From positions 93,832 to 157,831 of the forward strand of contig JBAZVI010000003.1 of assembly GCA_041660925.1 (NCBI GenBank): 64,000 nt of DNA, given 5' to 3'. Of the stretch, positions 1 to 8,892 are shown piece by piece. The translations under genes were made by a program, and so were the position numbers. This DNA is from Elusimicrobiota bacterium (GTDB lineage: Bacteria > Elusimicrobiota > Elusimicrobia > UBA1565). The notes beneath the pieces are model-generated. The model was given only the letters and a program-made list of their open reading frames with translations. It was not told the origin of the DNA and ran no database searches. Positions within the stretch are counted from its first letter, which is position 1. Every line of letters begins with the position of its first letter.

Positions 1-19
1 TAGACGTAGTCCAGGCGCC

Positions 20-75
20 GTTACTGCGAGTTTAGCCGGGCGATGTTACAAAAACAATAACGTGAGGGAGGTTTT
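20..75 (-). terminator. putative A/T-flanked hairpin (GCAAAAAC...GTTTTTGT) downstream of the first gene
   Basis: Imperfect inverted A/T tracts follow the stop at 81-83 on the minus strand. No strong GC stem. Confidence 0.2.
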
Positions 76-80
76 TGCGG

Positions 81-746
81 CTAGGGGACTTCGACGGTCT
101 GCTTCTTCGTGAGGTGGCGCTTGCCGTGGGCGTCGATGGCTTCGAACCGGTAGGCATAGGGGCTGCCGGACTTCAGGTAGACCGTCAGGCGCCATTCGCC
201 GGAGGAGTCCTTGAACATCGGCTTGCGGCCGTTGGTGCGGACGAGGAACGGACCGAGGAGGTAGACCTCCTTGGCCCCGGCGTCGGCATACGAGAAATCG
301 ACGGGTTTGGAGACCCCTCCGGCCGGACGGGCCGAGGCGCCGTTCGCCGGCTCGGCGGCCGGGGCCGCCGCTTTGGGTGCGGGAGGCGCCGGCTTTGCGG
401 CCTCCTTCGCGGCGGGGGTCTTCGAAGTCTTCGCGGGCTCCTTCTTCGTTTCGGGCGCGGCGGGCTTCGTCTCCTGCGGGGACTCCTCCTTCGCGGGAGT
501 CTTGGCTTCGGGGGCCGCGGCGGCGGGCTTGGCCGGCGTCCGGGCGACGACGAGCGGAGGCTGCGAGAGGTGACGGATCCGGGCGTAGAGGCCGCCGGCG
601 CAGAGCAGGAGGACGAGACCGATGACGGCGAGTAGGCCGCCCCAGAGGGTGCGGCTGCCGCCGTGCGCGGGACGGAGCGGGACGGTGTCCGCCGTCCCCG
701 TCTCGCGGGGAGGTTCGTTCTTCACGCCGAAGGGATCGAAGGCCAC
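81..746 (-). CDS. membrane-anchored protein with Pro/Ala/Lys-rich linker and C-terminal CBM48 / AMPK-beta glycogen-binding-like (E-set) domain
   Basis: Single N-terminal TM helix, low-complexity PAKE linker, C-terminal segment KEVYLLGPF...W....YAYRF matching the AMPK-beta/CBM48 pattern. Lies 10 nt downstream of the coiled-coil gene. Confidence 0.6.
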   Translation of the reverse strand: MAFDPFGVKNEPPRETGTADTVPLRPAHGGSRTLWGGLLAVIGLVLLLCAGGLYARIRHLSQPPLVVARTPAKPAAAAPEAKTPAKEESPQETKPAAPETKKEPAKTSKTPAAKEAAKPAPPAPKAAAPAAEPANGASARPAGGVSKPVDFSYADAGAKEVYLLGPFLVRTNGRKPMFKDSSGEWRLTVYLKSGSPYAYRFEAIDAHGKRHLTKKQTVEVP

Positions 747-755
747 GACGCGATT

Positions 756-3608
756 CTAGTCCATCCCGCCGTCGGGTGTCAATGTCGCGGAGGCCCGCCG
801 CCAGGGGAGAGGGCGCAGCCGCCAGAGAGGACGGGCGTGGAGCTGGTAGACGCCGTCGCGGCTGAACCAGAGCGTCTCCCCCCGCCAGGCGAGGGCGGAG
901 AGCGGCGCGGCGTCGTCGGGCAGAGGCGCGCGCAGGTCCGCGGAGGAGCTCCCCGCGGGGTCCGTCGGCGAACGCAGGCGCCCCGCGGCGTCGGCGGCCC
1001 AGAGGGCGCCGTCGCGCTGCGCGAGCGCGGCCGGCGCCAGTGCGAGGGGACGCTCCTCGAGCGGCGTGAGCGCGTCGTCGAGGGCTCGGCGGCGCAGGAC
1101 CCGGTCGGCGGCGTCGGCGACCCAGAGGTCGCGGCCGTCGTAGACGACGGCGCTCGGGCGCGAGCCGCCGGCCGGCCAGGAGCGCTCGGGCAGCAACGCG
1201 CCGTCCTGGACGCGCATGCGCGAGAGCGCCCGCGCGTCGGCGTCGAGCACGAAGACGGTCCCGTTCGCGCGGGTGAATCCGCTCAGGCGGACGCCCTGCA
1301 CCGGGAAGCGGGCCTCGGAGACCATCCCCTCCGGCGAGAGGTGCAGCCGGTAGAGGGCGTTCTCGGAAGCGTCGGCGACCCAGAGGACGTCCCCCTCCCA
1401 GAGCATGGCGGTCGGGTGCGAGAAAGGCACGGCGTAGTCCGCGCCCTGGAGCCCGAGGGCCCGGACGGCGGCGGCGGCGAGGCCGGCGGCGAGCGCGAGG
1501 ACGGCGAAGCGGCGCAGCCAGCGCCGCGGACGGTCCTCGGCGTCGACGTCGGGGAGCACCCCGTCCGGCGAAGGGGGCCGGCGCGCGAGCTCGGCTTTCA
1601 GTTCGGAGACCTGGCGGCGCAGGCGCGCGATCTCCGTTTCGGCCTCGTGCTTCTGGACGGCGAAGAGCTTCGAGTAGCCTCGGCGGGCCTCCTCGACCTG
1701 CTCGACGGTCTCGCGCAGGCGCTCGTTGCTGCGCTCGAGGAAGAAGCGCTCGACGCCGTGCAGCGCCTCCTCGAACTTCGCCAGGTCCTCGCGTCGGATG
1801 TTCGTCTGCTCCTCGAGCAGGGCCGCGCGCTCGACCTCGAAGCCTCCGCGCGCGGCGGCGAGCTCGGCGCGCAGGGCGGCGGACTCTTCGTCGCCGGCGC
1901 GGCGCATCTCCGTCTCTCGCGCGCGGTGCGACGCGTCGAGCGCGCGCAGGGCCTCGTCCTGGGACTCGAGCATCCTGCGCGTGCGCTCCGCGAAGGTCTT
2001 CTCGAGGCTTTGGAAGGCGACGGCGTGAGAGGCGGCGGCGGCCTCGCGCTCCTTCTCGATCTCCACGGAGATGGCGCGGCGCTCGGCGCGGAAATCCTCG
2101 CGCTGGCGGCGCAGCTCCTCGGCGAAGCGGTCGAGTTCGGCCCGATGGGCGTCGCGCAGGCGCGCGAGCTCCGCGGCGCCGGCCCCCTCGCGCTCGCCGG
2201 CGGCGGTGCGCAGCGAGTCGGCCAGGCGGCGGGCTTCCTCGGCCCGGTCCCCGAGCTCGCGCTCGTGGCGTTCGCGCATCGCGGAGAGCTCCGCACCGAG
2301 GCGGCCGGCGCGCTCGTCGTGCTCCTCGCGCAGGCGGCGCAGCTCGAGGGAGTGCTCCTCGCGCAGCCCGTTCTCCCGCTCCTCGGCGCGGCGCAGGAGC
2401 TCCGCCTCGCGCTCCTCGACGCGGCGTTGGAACTCCCCCGAGAGGGAGGCCTGGTCGACGAGGACCCGCTGCTGCCAGGAGGAGAGCTGTCCGCGCAGCG
2501 CGTCGAGGTCCGCGGCGTGGCGGTCCTCCTGGCGGCGGCGAAGTTCGGCCTGCTCGGCGAGGACGCGCTCGCGCTCGGCGGCGAGGACGTCCCCCTGCCG
2601 GGAGAGGTCGGCCTTCAGAGCGGAGATCTCCCCGGCCAGCCGGACGGCGACCCCCTCGGACTCGAGACGGAGGGCTTCGATGCGCGCGTGGAGATCGGAG
2701 CGCTCGCGCGCGAAGGCTTCCTCGGCTTTCCGGACGGCCGCTTCCTCCCGGGAGGCGGCGGCCGCCTCGGCGTCCGCGAGCGCCTGCCGGAGTTCGGCGA
2801 AGCGGTCCGCGCGGAGGGACAGCTCGGCCTCGAGCTGCCGCTTCTCGCCTTCGATGCCCGCGCGCAGCGCGGCGTGCAGGTCCCGCTCGCGCGCGAGCGC
2901 GAGGTCGTGCTCCTCCTGCAGGCGCGCGCGCAGGCGTCCCAGATCCTCCTCGAAGGCCGCGCGGCGGCGCGCGGTCTCCTGCTCGAGGAGCAGGGCCTTC
3001 TGGTGGGACTGGTCGGACTGCAGCCGGATCTCGGCGAGGGCGTCCTCGCGCGCGCGCTCGGCCTTGGCGCGCTCGGTCTCGACGGCCTCGCGCGCGGATT
3101 CCTCGCGGGCTTCGAGCTCCCCGTGATAGCGCGCCTGGGCTTCGGCGAGGGCGCGGGTGTAGGTGCCCTCCATCTCGGAGAGCATGCGGGCGTGGCCCTC
3201 GAGCTCGCGCTTGTGGGCCTCCTCCGCCTCGGCGAGGCGCTTTCGGACCTTCGCCTCGAGGACCTCCTGGGTCTTCTCGAGGTCCTGACGGCGACGGACG
3301 AACTCTTCGACCTGCAGCTCGCCCTTGAAGAGGCTGTTGAGGATGCCCTGCATCTCGGCGACGAAGCGTTCGCGCTCGGCCAGGCGCGTGAGGCGCTCGT
3401 CGACGGAAAGCCGGAAGCGCTCGAGCTCCTTGACCGCGTCCTCTCGTCCGAGGGCGGCGGCCTTGAGCAGCTCGCGCATCTCCCCCTGGCCGCTCTCGAG
3501 CATGCGCATGCGCTCGAGCGCCCAGCGCAGGGTCATGCGCGCGGTGTCGAGGTTGGCGACGCTGTCGAGCAGCTCTTCGGGGCCCTTCTCGGGCTGTTCA
3601 GCGCTCAT
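756..3608 (-). CDS. giant coiled-coil protein (about 660 aa of E/R/A/L-rich heptad-like sequence), one TM segment, C-terminal beta-propeller-like repeat domain
   Basis: 950-aa ORF. N-terminal two thirds is coiled-coil-like (SMC/myosin-tail-like composition). TM segment WLRRFAVLALAAGLAAAAV. C-terminal repeats with recurring LWVADA / ALWAADA motifs. Confidence 0.6.
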   Translation of the reverse strand: MSAEQPEKGPEELLDSVANLDTARMTLRWALERMRMLESGQGEMRELLKAAALGREDAVKELERFRLSVDERLTRLAERERFVAEMQGILNSLFKGELQVEEFVRRRQDLEKTQEVLEAKVRKRLAEAEEAHKRELEGHARMLSEMEGTYTRALAEAQARYHGELEAREESAREAVETERAKAERAREDALAEIRLQSDQSHQKALLLEQETARRRAAFEEDLGRLRARLQEEHDLALARERDLHAALRAGIEGEKRQLEAELSLRADRFAELRQALADAEAAAASREEAAVRKAEEAFARERSDLHARIEALRLESEGVAVRLAGEISALKADLSRQGDVLAAERERVLAEQAELRRRQEDRHAADLDALRGQLSSWQQRVLVDQASLSGEFQRRVEEREAELLRRAEERENGLREEHSLELRRLREEHDERAGRLGAELSAMRERHERELGDRAEEARRLADSLRTAAGEREGAGAAELARLRDAHRAELDRFAEELRRQREDFRAERRAISVEIEKEREAAAASHAVAFQSLEKTFAERTRRMLESQDEALRALDASHRARETEMRRAGDEESAALRAELAAARGGFEVERAALLEEQTNIRREDLAKFEEALHGVERFFLERSNERLRETVEQVEEARRGYSKLFAVQKHEAETEIARLRRQVSELKAELARRPPSPDGVLPDVDAEDRPRRWLRRFAVLALAAGLAAAAVRALGLQGADYAVPFSHPTAMLWEGDVLWVADASENALYRLHLSPEGMVSEARFPVQGVRLSGFTRANGTVFVLDADARALSRMRVQDGALLPERSWPAGGSRPSAVVYDGRDLWVADAADRVLRRRALDDALTPLEERPLALAPAALAQRDGALWAADAAGRLRSPTDPAGSSSADLRAPLPDDAAPLSALAWRGETLWFSRDGVYQLHARPLWRLRPLPWRRASATLTPDGGMD

Positions 3609-3661
3609 TCAGGATGTATATAGCAGGCCTGCGCCTCATTTTCAATGACGCGCTTGTTAAC

Positions 3662-3686
3662 GGGAATCCCCACTGGGGGATTCCCG
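3662..3686. promoter_or_regulatory. perfect palindrome GGGAATCCCC-act-GGGGGATTCCC, about 40 nt upstream of the coiled-coil gene start; candidate operator or 5' hairpin
   Basis: 11-12 bp perfect inverted repeat with a 3-nt loop, read directly from the sequence. Confidence 0.35.
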
Positions 3687-3732
3687 TTGGATGTTTCCGA
3701 TGGATGGATAGACCGTCCCACTATACTCCCCT

Positions 3733-3799
3733 CCGGGAAATTCGGCATGGAAAAAGCTGAATCGACGCTCGGCGGGACGAAGGCGGCCGAATTTCCCGG
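3733..3799. repeat. 14-bp perfect inverted repeats (CCGGGAAATTCGGC / GCCGAATTTCCCGG) separated by 39 nt, ending 1 nt before the wzc stop codon
   Basis: Exact reverse complements at 3733-3746 and 3786-3799. Function unknown; could be an RNA stem or terminator-like element. Confidence 0.7.
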
Positions 3800-3800
3800 A

Positions 3801-5525
3801 TTATGCCGACGGCTTCTTGTCCGAGTTCGAATAGCGGTAGTAGTAGTGATAGTCGCCGTAGTAGCGGCCGCCGCGTCCGGTGACCTGGTTGAGCACGGCC
3901 CCGGAGATGCGCAGGCCGCCTTCCTCGATCTTCTGGCGCGCGCGGCGCGCGAGCAGGGCGTGGGCTCCGCCGAACTTCGCGACGAAGACCGCGGCGTCGG
4001 CGTGCCGGCCCCAGAGGAGGGCGTCGGAGATGGGGAGGACGGGCGTCCCGTCGACGATGACGCGGTCGTAGCGTCCCCGGGCCCAGCCGATGAGGGCGTT
4101 CACGCGCGGGGTGCTCAGGAGTTCCGAGGGGTTCGGAGGGATGCGCCCGCACGGGAGCACGTCGAGATTGGCCACGCCCGAGGGGCGCACGAGGCCTTCG
4201 AGCTCGGAGACGTCCTTGCCGTGCGCGAGGAACCAGCTCACGCCGGACTCGTTGTTGACCGCGAAGCGCTTGTGCACGTTCGGCCGGCGCAGGTCGCCCT
4301 CGAGGAGCAGGACTTTCTCGCCGAGCTGCGCGAAGACGATGGCCAGGCTCATCGCGAGGAAGGTCTTCCCCTCCCCCTGCGTCGTGCTGGTGATGAGCAG
4401 GGTCTTGAGGTCCCTCCCCGCGCCGGCGAAGCCGAGCATCGTGCGGATGTTCCGCAGGGACTCCCCGGTGAAGGAGTCGGGCCCCGCGAGCACGTCGACG
4501 TAGGACTTCAAGGAGTCTCCCGCGAAGGTCGCGCGCGGTACGGCGCCGAGGAAGGGCAGGCCGAGCTTGCGCTCGACGTCCTCCTGCGAGCGCACGGTCT
4601 GGTCGAGGGCGTCGGCGCCGAGGGCGAGGAAGAAGCCCGCGAGCAGCCCGAGCAGCGCGGCGAGCGCGAGCGAACGCGCCTTGCGGGGCTTCGAGGGGGT
4701 TCGCGGGACCTCCGCCGGGTCGACGATGCGCACGTTGTTCCCGAGGAGCTGTCCCGAGAGCTCCGCTTTCATGCTCTGGACGATCTTCCCCGTCTCGTCC
4801 TGGATGCGGGAGCGCAGGGCCTCCATCTGGGACTTGAGGCGTATGACCTCGGGGTGCTCCGGGGTGTAGCGGCGCGAGAGGTCCCCCCAGCGCGCCTCGA
4901 GGCCGGCGTAGGAGGCCTTCAGCGTCTGGATGAGCTGGCTGTTGACGACGGCGGGCAGGGAGTCCGGGGAGACGTCGCGGGGGTCCTTCGCGGCGCCTCC
5001 GGGGTAGAGGGCGGCGAGGATCTCCTTGGAGATGAAGAGTTTGTTCTCGACGTTCTCCGCGACGAAGGAGGCGGCGACGGCGTTCGCGACGCCCGCGGCG
5101 AGCGCCGGGTCGTGGGATTCGACGGTCACGTTCACGAGGCGGCTGCGGCGCACCGGAGAGATCGCGACGGCGCGCTCGAGCGCCTCGACGCCGGAAGAGA
5201 AGTCCTCGGCCTTGGAGAGCGCGAGGTTCTGGTGGACCTTGCGCAGGAGACTTCGGCTCTTGAGCAGGCGGTACTGGGTCTGGTAGTAGTCGTCGTCGCT
5301 CGCCTCCACCATCGCGCCCTCGCTGTAGACCGGGGCGCGCCGCTCCTTCTCGATGAGGAGCAGGGCGGAGGCGGAGTAGACGGGGCGCGCCGTGAAGACG
5401 TAGAGGAGCGCGCCGAGGGTCGAGACGAGGAAGGCCGAGAGCACCACCCAGCGGCGGCGCACGAGGACCTGGAGATAGCTGGCGAGGTCGATGTCCGGGG
5501 CGTTCTCGGCGGGCTGCTCGTCCAT
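3801..5525 (-). CDS. wzc: polysaccharide co-polymerase / BY-family tyrosine autokinase (Wzc/GumC-like chain-length determinant plus tyrosine kinase)
   Basis: N-terminal Wzz-like region with a TM helix. Walker A motif TSTTQGEGKT. C-terminal Tyr cluster YYGDYHYYYRY. Confidence 0.85.
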   Translation of the reverse strand: MDEQPAENAPDIDLASYLQVLVRRRWVVLSAFLVSTLGALLYVFTARPVYSASALLLIEKERRAPVYSEGAMVEASDDDYYQTQYRLLKSRSLLRKVHQNLALSKAEDFSSGVEALERAVAISPVRRSRLVNVTVESHDPALAAGVANAVAASFVAENVENKLFISKEILAALYPGGAAKDPRDVSPDSLPAVVNSQLIQTLKASYAGLEARWGDLSRRYTPEHPEVIRLKSQMEALRSRIQDETGKIVQSMKAELSGQLLGNNVRIVDPAEVPRTPSKPRKARSLALAALLGLLAGFFLALGADALDQTVRSQEDVERKLGLPFLGAVPRATFAGDSLKSYVDVLAGPDSFTGESLRNIRTMLGFAGAGRDLKTLLITSTTQGEGKTFLAMSLAIVFAQLGEKVLLLEGDLRRPNVHKRFAVNNESGVSWFLAHGKDVSELEGLVRPSGVANLDVLPCGRIPPNPSELLSTPRVNALIGWARGRYDRVIVDGTPVLPISDALLWGRHADAAVFVAKFGGAHALLARRARQKIEEGGLRISGAVLNQVTGRGGRYYGDYHYYYRYSNSDKKPSA

Positions 5526-5545
5526 GGGGTCCTCCGGGAGAGCCC

Positions 5546-6799
5546 TTAGAAGAGGCTCTCCGGGATGATGACGACGTCGTTGGGCTGGAGGCGCAGGTCT
5601 TTGCTCTTGTCCCCGCGTTTGGTGATGGCCGTGATCTCGATGAGCAGGGTCTCGCTTCGGCCGTTGACGTTGCGGACGATGCGCGTGCGGTCGACGGCGG
5701 CGTAGGGCGTGAAGCCGCCGGCGAGCGTGACGGCCTCCAGGACCGTGAGCGGGGCCTCGGTGGGCAGCGGGTAGGAGCCGGGGTTCTTGACCTCTCCGAG
5801 GACGTAGACCTGCTTGTTGCCGTATTCCTGGATGAAGACGGAGACCTGGGGGTCGACGAGGTAGCGCTTGAGCTTCGCGAGCACCGCGGCCTCGGCCTCG
5901 GCGACCGTCAGGCCGGCCACCTTCACGGCTCCCGCCAGCGGCAGGGTGATGCCCCCCTCCGGGCTCACGCGGACTTTCCGGTCGAGGTCCTTCTCCTGAT
6001 AGACCGTGATCTCGAGCAGGTCGGCGGGACCGACGCGGTAGGAGGTCTGCTTCTGCTGGACGAACTGGAGGGCGTTCTTGAGCGCGGCCTCCTCGGCCTG
6101 TTCTCGCCGGACGCCCTTGGGAGCGGCGGGCTTGTCGGCGGCCGGTGCGGCGGCGTCCGTCGCGGGCGGGACGGCGGCCGAGGCCGCCTTCGCCTCGGCG
6201 TCCTCGGAGGACGGGACGCGGACGCTCACGCAGCCGGCGAGCGGCAGGAGGCCGGCGAGCAGGAGCAGCGCGGAGAAGCGGCGCAGCACGCCCGTCCAGG
6301 AGCCCCGGGACTTGAGGATGAGCTCGGCGACTTCGCGCACTGCGCCGTGCCCCCCGGGACGGCGGGTGACGAGATGGGCGAAGCGCCGGACCTCGGCGCG
6401 GGCGTTGGGGACGCAGACCGCGAGGCCGGCGCGGCGCAGTACGGGGACATCGGGGAGGTCGTCGCCGATGAAAGCCGCCTGCGAGGCCTTCAGGCCCGTC
6501 CGGCGCAGGATGTCCTCGAAGGCCGGGAGCTTCTCGAAGGTCCCGAGGACCACGTGGCGCATGCGCAGCATCTTCGCTCGGCCGACCACCCCTTCGGACT
6601 TGCGGCCGCTGATGAGGCCCGTCTCGACGCCGTTCTCCGAGAGCCAGATGAGGGCGATGCCGTCCTGGCTGTCGAAGCCCTTGAGCTCGACGAGCTTCCC
6701 GTCGCCGCCGCCGAAATGGAAGAGCCGGCCGTCGGTGAGCACGCCGTCGACGTCCATCAGCAGGAGGCGGATGCGTCGGGCGCGCTCGCGGAGGGTCAT
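5546..6799 (-). CDS. single ORF fusing KdsC-like HAD phosphatase (N-terminal, ~170 aa) to Wza-like polysaccharide export lipoprotein (Poly_export/SLBB) with an internal lipobox
   Basis: N-terminal DVDGVLTDG...GDDLPD HAD/KdsC motifs. Mid-protein LLLLAGLLPLAGC signal-anchor/lipobox. C-terminal Wza-like export domain. No in-frame stop between the parts. Confidence 0.7.
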   Translation of the reverse strand: MTLRERARRIRLLLMDVDGVLTDGRLFHFGGGDGKLVELKGFDSQDGIALIWLSENGVETGLISGRKSEGVVGRAKMLRMRHVVLGTFEKLPAFEDILRRTGLKASQAAFIGDDLPDVPVLRRAGLAVCVPNARAEVRRFAHLVTRRPGGHGAVREVAELILKSRGSWTGVLRRFSALLLLAGLLPLAGCVSVRVPSSEDAEAKAASAAVPPATDAAAPAADKPAAPKGVRREQAEEAALKNALQFVQQKQTSYRVGPADLLEITVYQEKDLDRKVRVSPEGGITLPLAGAVKVAGLTVAEAEAAVLAKLKRYLVDPQVSVFIQEYGNKQVYVLGEVKNPGSYPLPTEAPLTVLEAVTLAGGFTPYAAVDRTRIVRNVNGRSETLLIEITAITKRGDKSKDLRLQPNDVVIIPESLF

Positions 6800-7257
6800 C
6801 CGTCCTTCAGGAATTCCTTCTCGATGGCCTTGACCTTCTCCAGGCGCGTGCGGTGGCGGGTCGCGTCCGAGAAGCGGGCCTCGAGCCAGGCGTCGACGAT
6901 CGCGAGCGCGAGAGAGGAGCCGACGACGCGCGCTCCGAGGCAGAGGACGTTGACGTCGTCGTCCTCGACGCCCTGGCGGGCCGAGAAGGTGTCGTGGCAG
7001 AGCCCGGCGCGCACTCCGGGGAACTTGTTGGCGGCGACGCAGGCGCCGACCCCGCTGCCGCAGACCATGATGCCCCGCTCGCAGTCTCCGGAGCGCACGG
7101 ACGAGACGACCTTGCGCGCGTAGTCGGGGTAGTCGGCGGGAGGTTCGGACGCGTCCGTTCCGTGGTTCATCACCACGTGTCCCTTCTGTTCGAGGTGCAG
7201 GTGGATGATCCGCTTCAATTCATAGCCGGCGTGGTCGGCGCCGATGGAGATCTTCAT
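6796..7257 (-). CDS. rpiB: ribose-5-phosphate isomerase B
   Basis: 153 aa. MKISIGADHAGYELK...MVCGSGVG motif typical of RpiB/LacAB. Confidence 0.9.
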   Translation of the reverse strand: MKISIGADHAGYELKRIIHLHLEQKGHVVMNHGTDASEPPADYPDYARKVVSSVRSGDCERGIMVCGSGVGACVAANKFPGVRAGLCHDTFSARQGVEDDDVNVLCLGARVVGSSLALAIVDAWLEARFSDATRHRTRLEKVKAIEKEFLKDG

Positions 7258-8051
7258 GGCTGGGAGTCTAGCAAACTCAAGGCGGCTTCCTCCGGCGGCG
7301 GCCCGGGCGGCAGAACGCGGAAGCGCAGCGAGCGTCCGGCCAGGGCCCGGCGGAACTCCCGCGCGAAGAGCGGGCTGCGGAAGAGCCCCCCCGCGGCGGC
7401 GAGCGGGACCGGCGGGCGCAGGCGCAGAGCGCGGGCGGAGCTCTCGGCGAGCGCGGCGAGGTCGGCGCAGGCCGTGCGGACGATCCTTCGCGCGCGGGCG
7501 TCGCGCGGCGCGCGCCGCAGCACCTCGCGGGCACGGGCGGCCACCGCCCGGACGGGGGCCGGCTTCTTGACCGCGCGCAGGGCCGCCGGCTCGGGCCCGA
7601 GCCGCAGCCAGGCGCGGCCCATCCAGAAGGCCGAGCCCTCGTCGCCGAGCAGCGCGCCGAGGCCTCCGAAGCGGCCGACCTTCCCGCCGGGTCCGCGTCC
7701 GTAGGCGGCCGAGCCGGTGCCCGCGACGAGCAGCAGGCCCGGAGCGTCCCCGAAGGCGGCGCTGCGGGCGAGCTCGAGGTCGGAGAGCACGAGGGCTTTC
7801 CGGGCGAGGGGGCGCAGGCGCGCGCGCAGCGCGGCCTTCTCCCGCGGGAGCCAGACGCCGCGCGCGCCGAGCACGAGGCGTTCGACGCGGCGCAGCCCGA
7901 GTCGCCGCAAGGCGCGGGCGAGGGAGCGCTCCACGGGGTCGCCGAGCCGGAAGGGGATGCGCGTGCGCAGGAGGGCGCGGCGGCCGGGGACGCGGACGGC
8001 GACGCGCAGCCAGGTCCCGCCGACGTCGGCGGAGCAGACCGCTCCGGTCAT
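7254..8051 (-). CDS. BadF/BadG/BcrA/BcrD-type ATPase (N-acetylglucosamine kinase-like)
   Basis: DVGGTWLR N-terminal phosphate-1 motif, AGTGSAAYG, GDEGSAFWMGR motifs of the ASKHA-fold sugar kinase family. Confidence 0.55.
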   Translation of the reverse strand: MTGAVCSADVGGTWLRVAVRVPGRRALLRTRIPFRLGDPVERSLARALRRLGLRRVERLVLGARGVWLPREKAALRARLRPLARKALVLSDLELARSAAFGDAPGLLLVAGTGSAAYGRGPGGKVGRFGGLGALLGDEGSAFWMGRAWLRLGPEPAALRAVKKPAPVRAVAARAREVLRRAPRDARARRIVRTACADLAALAESSARALRLRPPVPLAAAGGLFRSPLFAREFRRALAGRSLRFRVLPPGPPPEEAALSLLDSQP

Positions 8052-8719
8052 GGGACGGGCTTGTAGGCGGGGAGGCGCTCGCGCTCGCCCTGCACGCGCA
8101 GGAGCGCCTGTTCGAGCGAGCGGGCCCAGCTGATGGCGCTGTCGCGCATATCCTGGGGGACCTTGGGGTCCATCATCATCCCGATGACCTCTTCGACGAG
8201 GAGGCGCCGCGTCGCGACGCTGGCGTCGAAGCGGACGATGACCTTCGGCCTCTCCCCCCGCTCGTAGGGCAGGAGCTGGATCTCGAGGACTCCCAGCGGG
8301 ACGACGCGCTTGGGGCGGACGTCGAGCTCGTCGAGGCGCAGGATGTCGCGGGGGAAGGGGACGCGGTAGGAGCGGCCCTGGACGACGACGCGCAGCTGCG
8401 GCTGGGCGGTCCCGAAGAGGTTGCGCGTGGGCCCGAGGCGGTAGACGCCCGGCTCGATGCGCAGCAGCTGAGCCCGTCCTGGGCGCAGGTCCAGGGCGTA
8501 GCGCTCGTCCTCCGATTCGAGGTTGATGCTGCCGGCTCCGTCCTTCGTCTCTCCGGAAGGCGCGAGGACCCTGCAGCCGACGATGACCGAGGAGAAGCCG
8601 AGGCTGGATTCGGCGTAGCGGATCGGGGAGGTCCCGCGGCAGGCCGCGAGGCCGAAGAGGGAGGCCGCGAAGAGGGCCGCGCTCGCTCGGAAGACGGTCG
8701 GGCGTCGTTCCATACGCAC
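8048..8719 (-). CDS. hypothetical lipoprotein
   Basis: Signal peptide ending in the lipobox LAAC. No recognisable domain. Confidence 0.5.
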   Translation of the reverse strand: MRMERRPTVFRASAALFAASLFGLAACRGTSPIRYAESSLGFSSVIVGCRVLAPSGETKDGAGSINLESEDERYALDLRPGRAQLLRIEPGVYRLGPTRNLFGTAQPQLRVVVQGRSYRVPFPRDILRLDELDVRPKRVVPLGVLEIQLLPYERGERPKVIVRFDASVATRRLLVEEVIGMMMDPKVPQDMRDSAISWARSLEQALLRVQGERERLPAYKPVP

Positions 8720-8892
8720 GCGCGAGTATAGCGCATCACTGTTACGGAAACAATGCCGGCGCCTCCAGCGCTTCCCGTAAATGTCGAGGCGCCCCTCACC
8801 CCCCGATTCCCCCTCTCCCGCACGGCGGGCGAGGGGGCTGTCGAGTGTACGGATTATGTCCAGAATTCCCGCATATGATATCTTCTCTTCAC

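Noticed and set aside
663-3623. 986-aa plus-strand ORF, with nested 1598-3126 ORFs, overlapping the coiled-coil gene
   Set aside because: Arg/Ala/Gly/Pro-rich shadow frame opposite a well-supported gene, typical of high-GC DNA. No domain signal.
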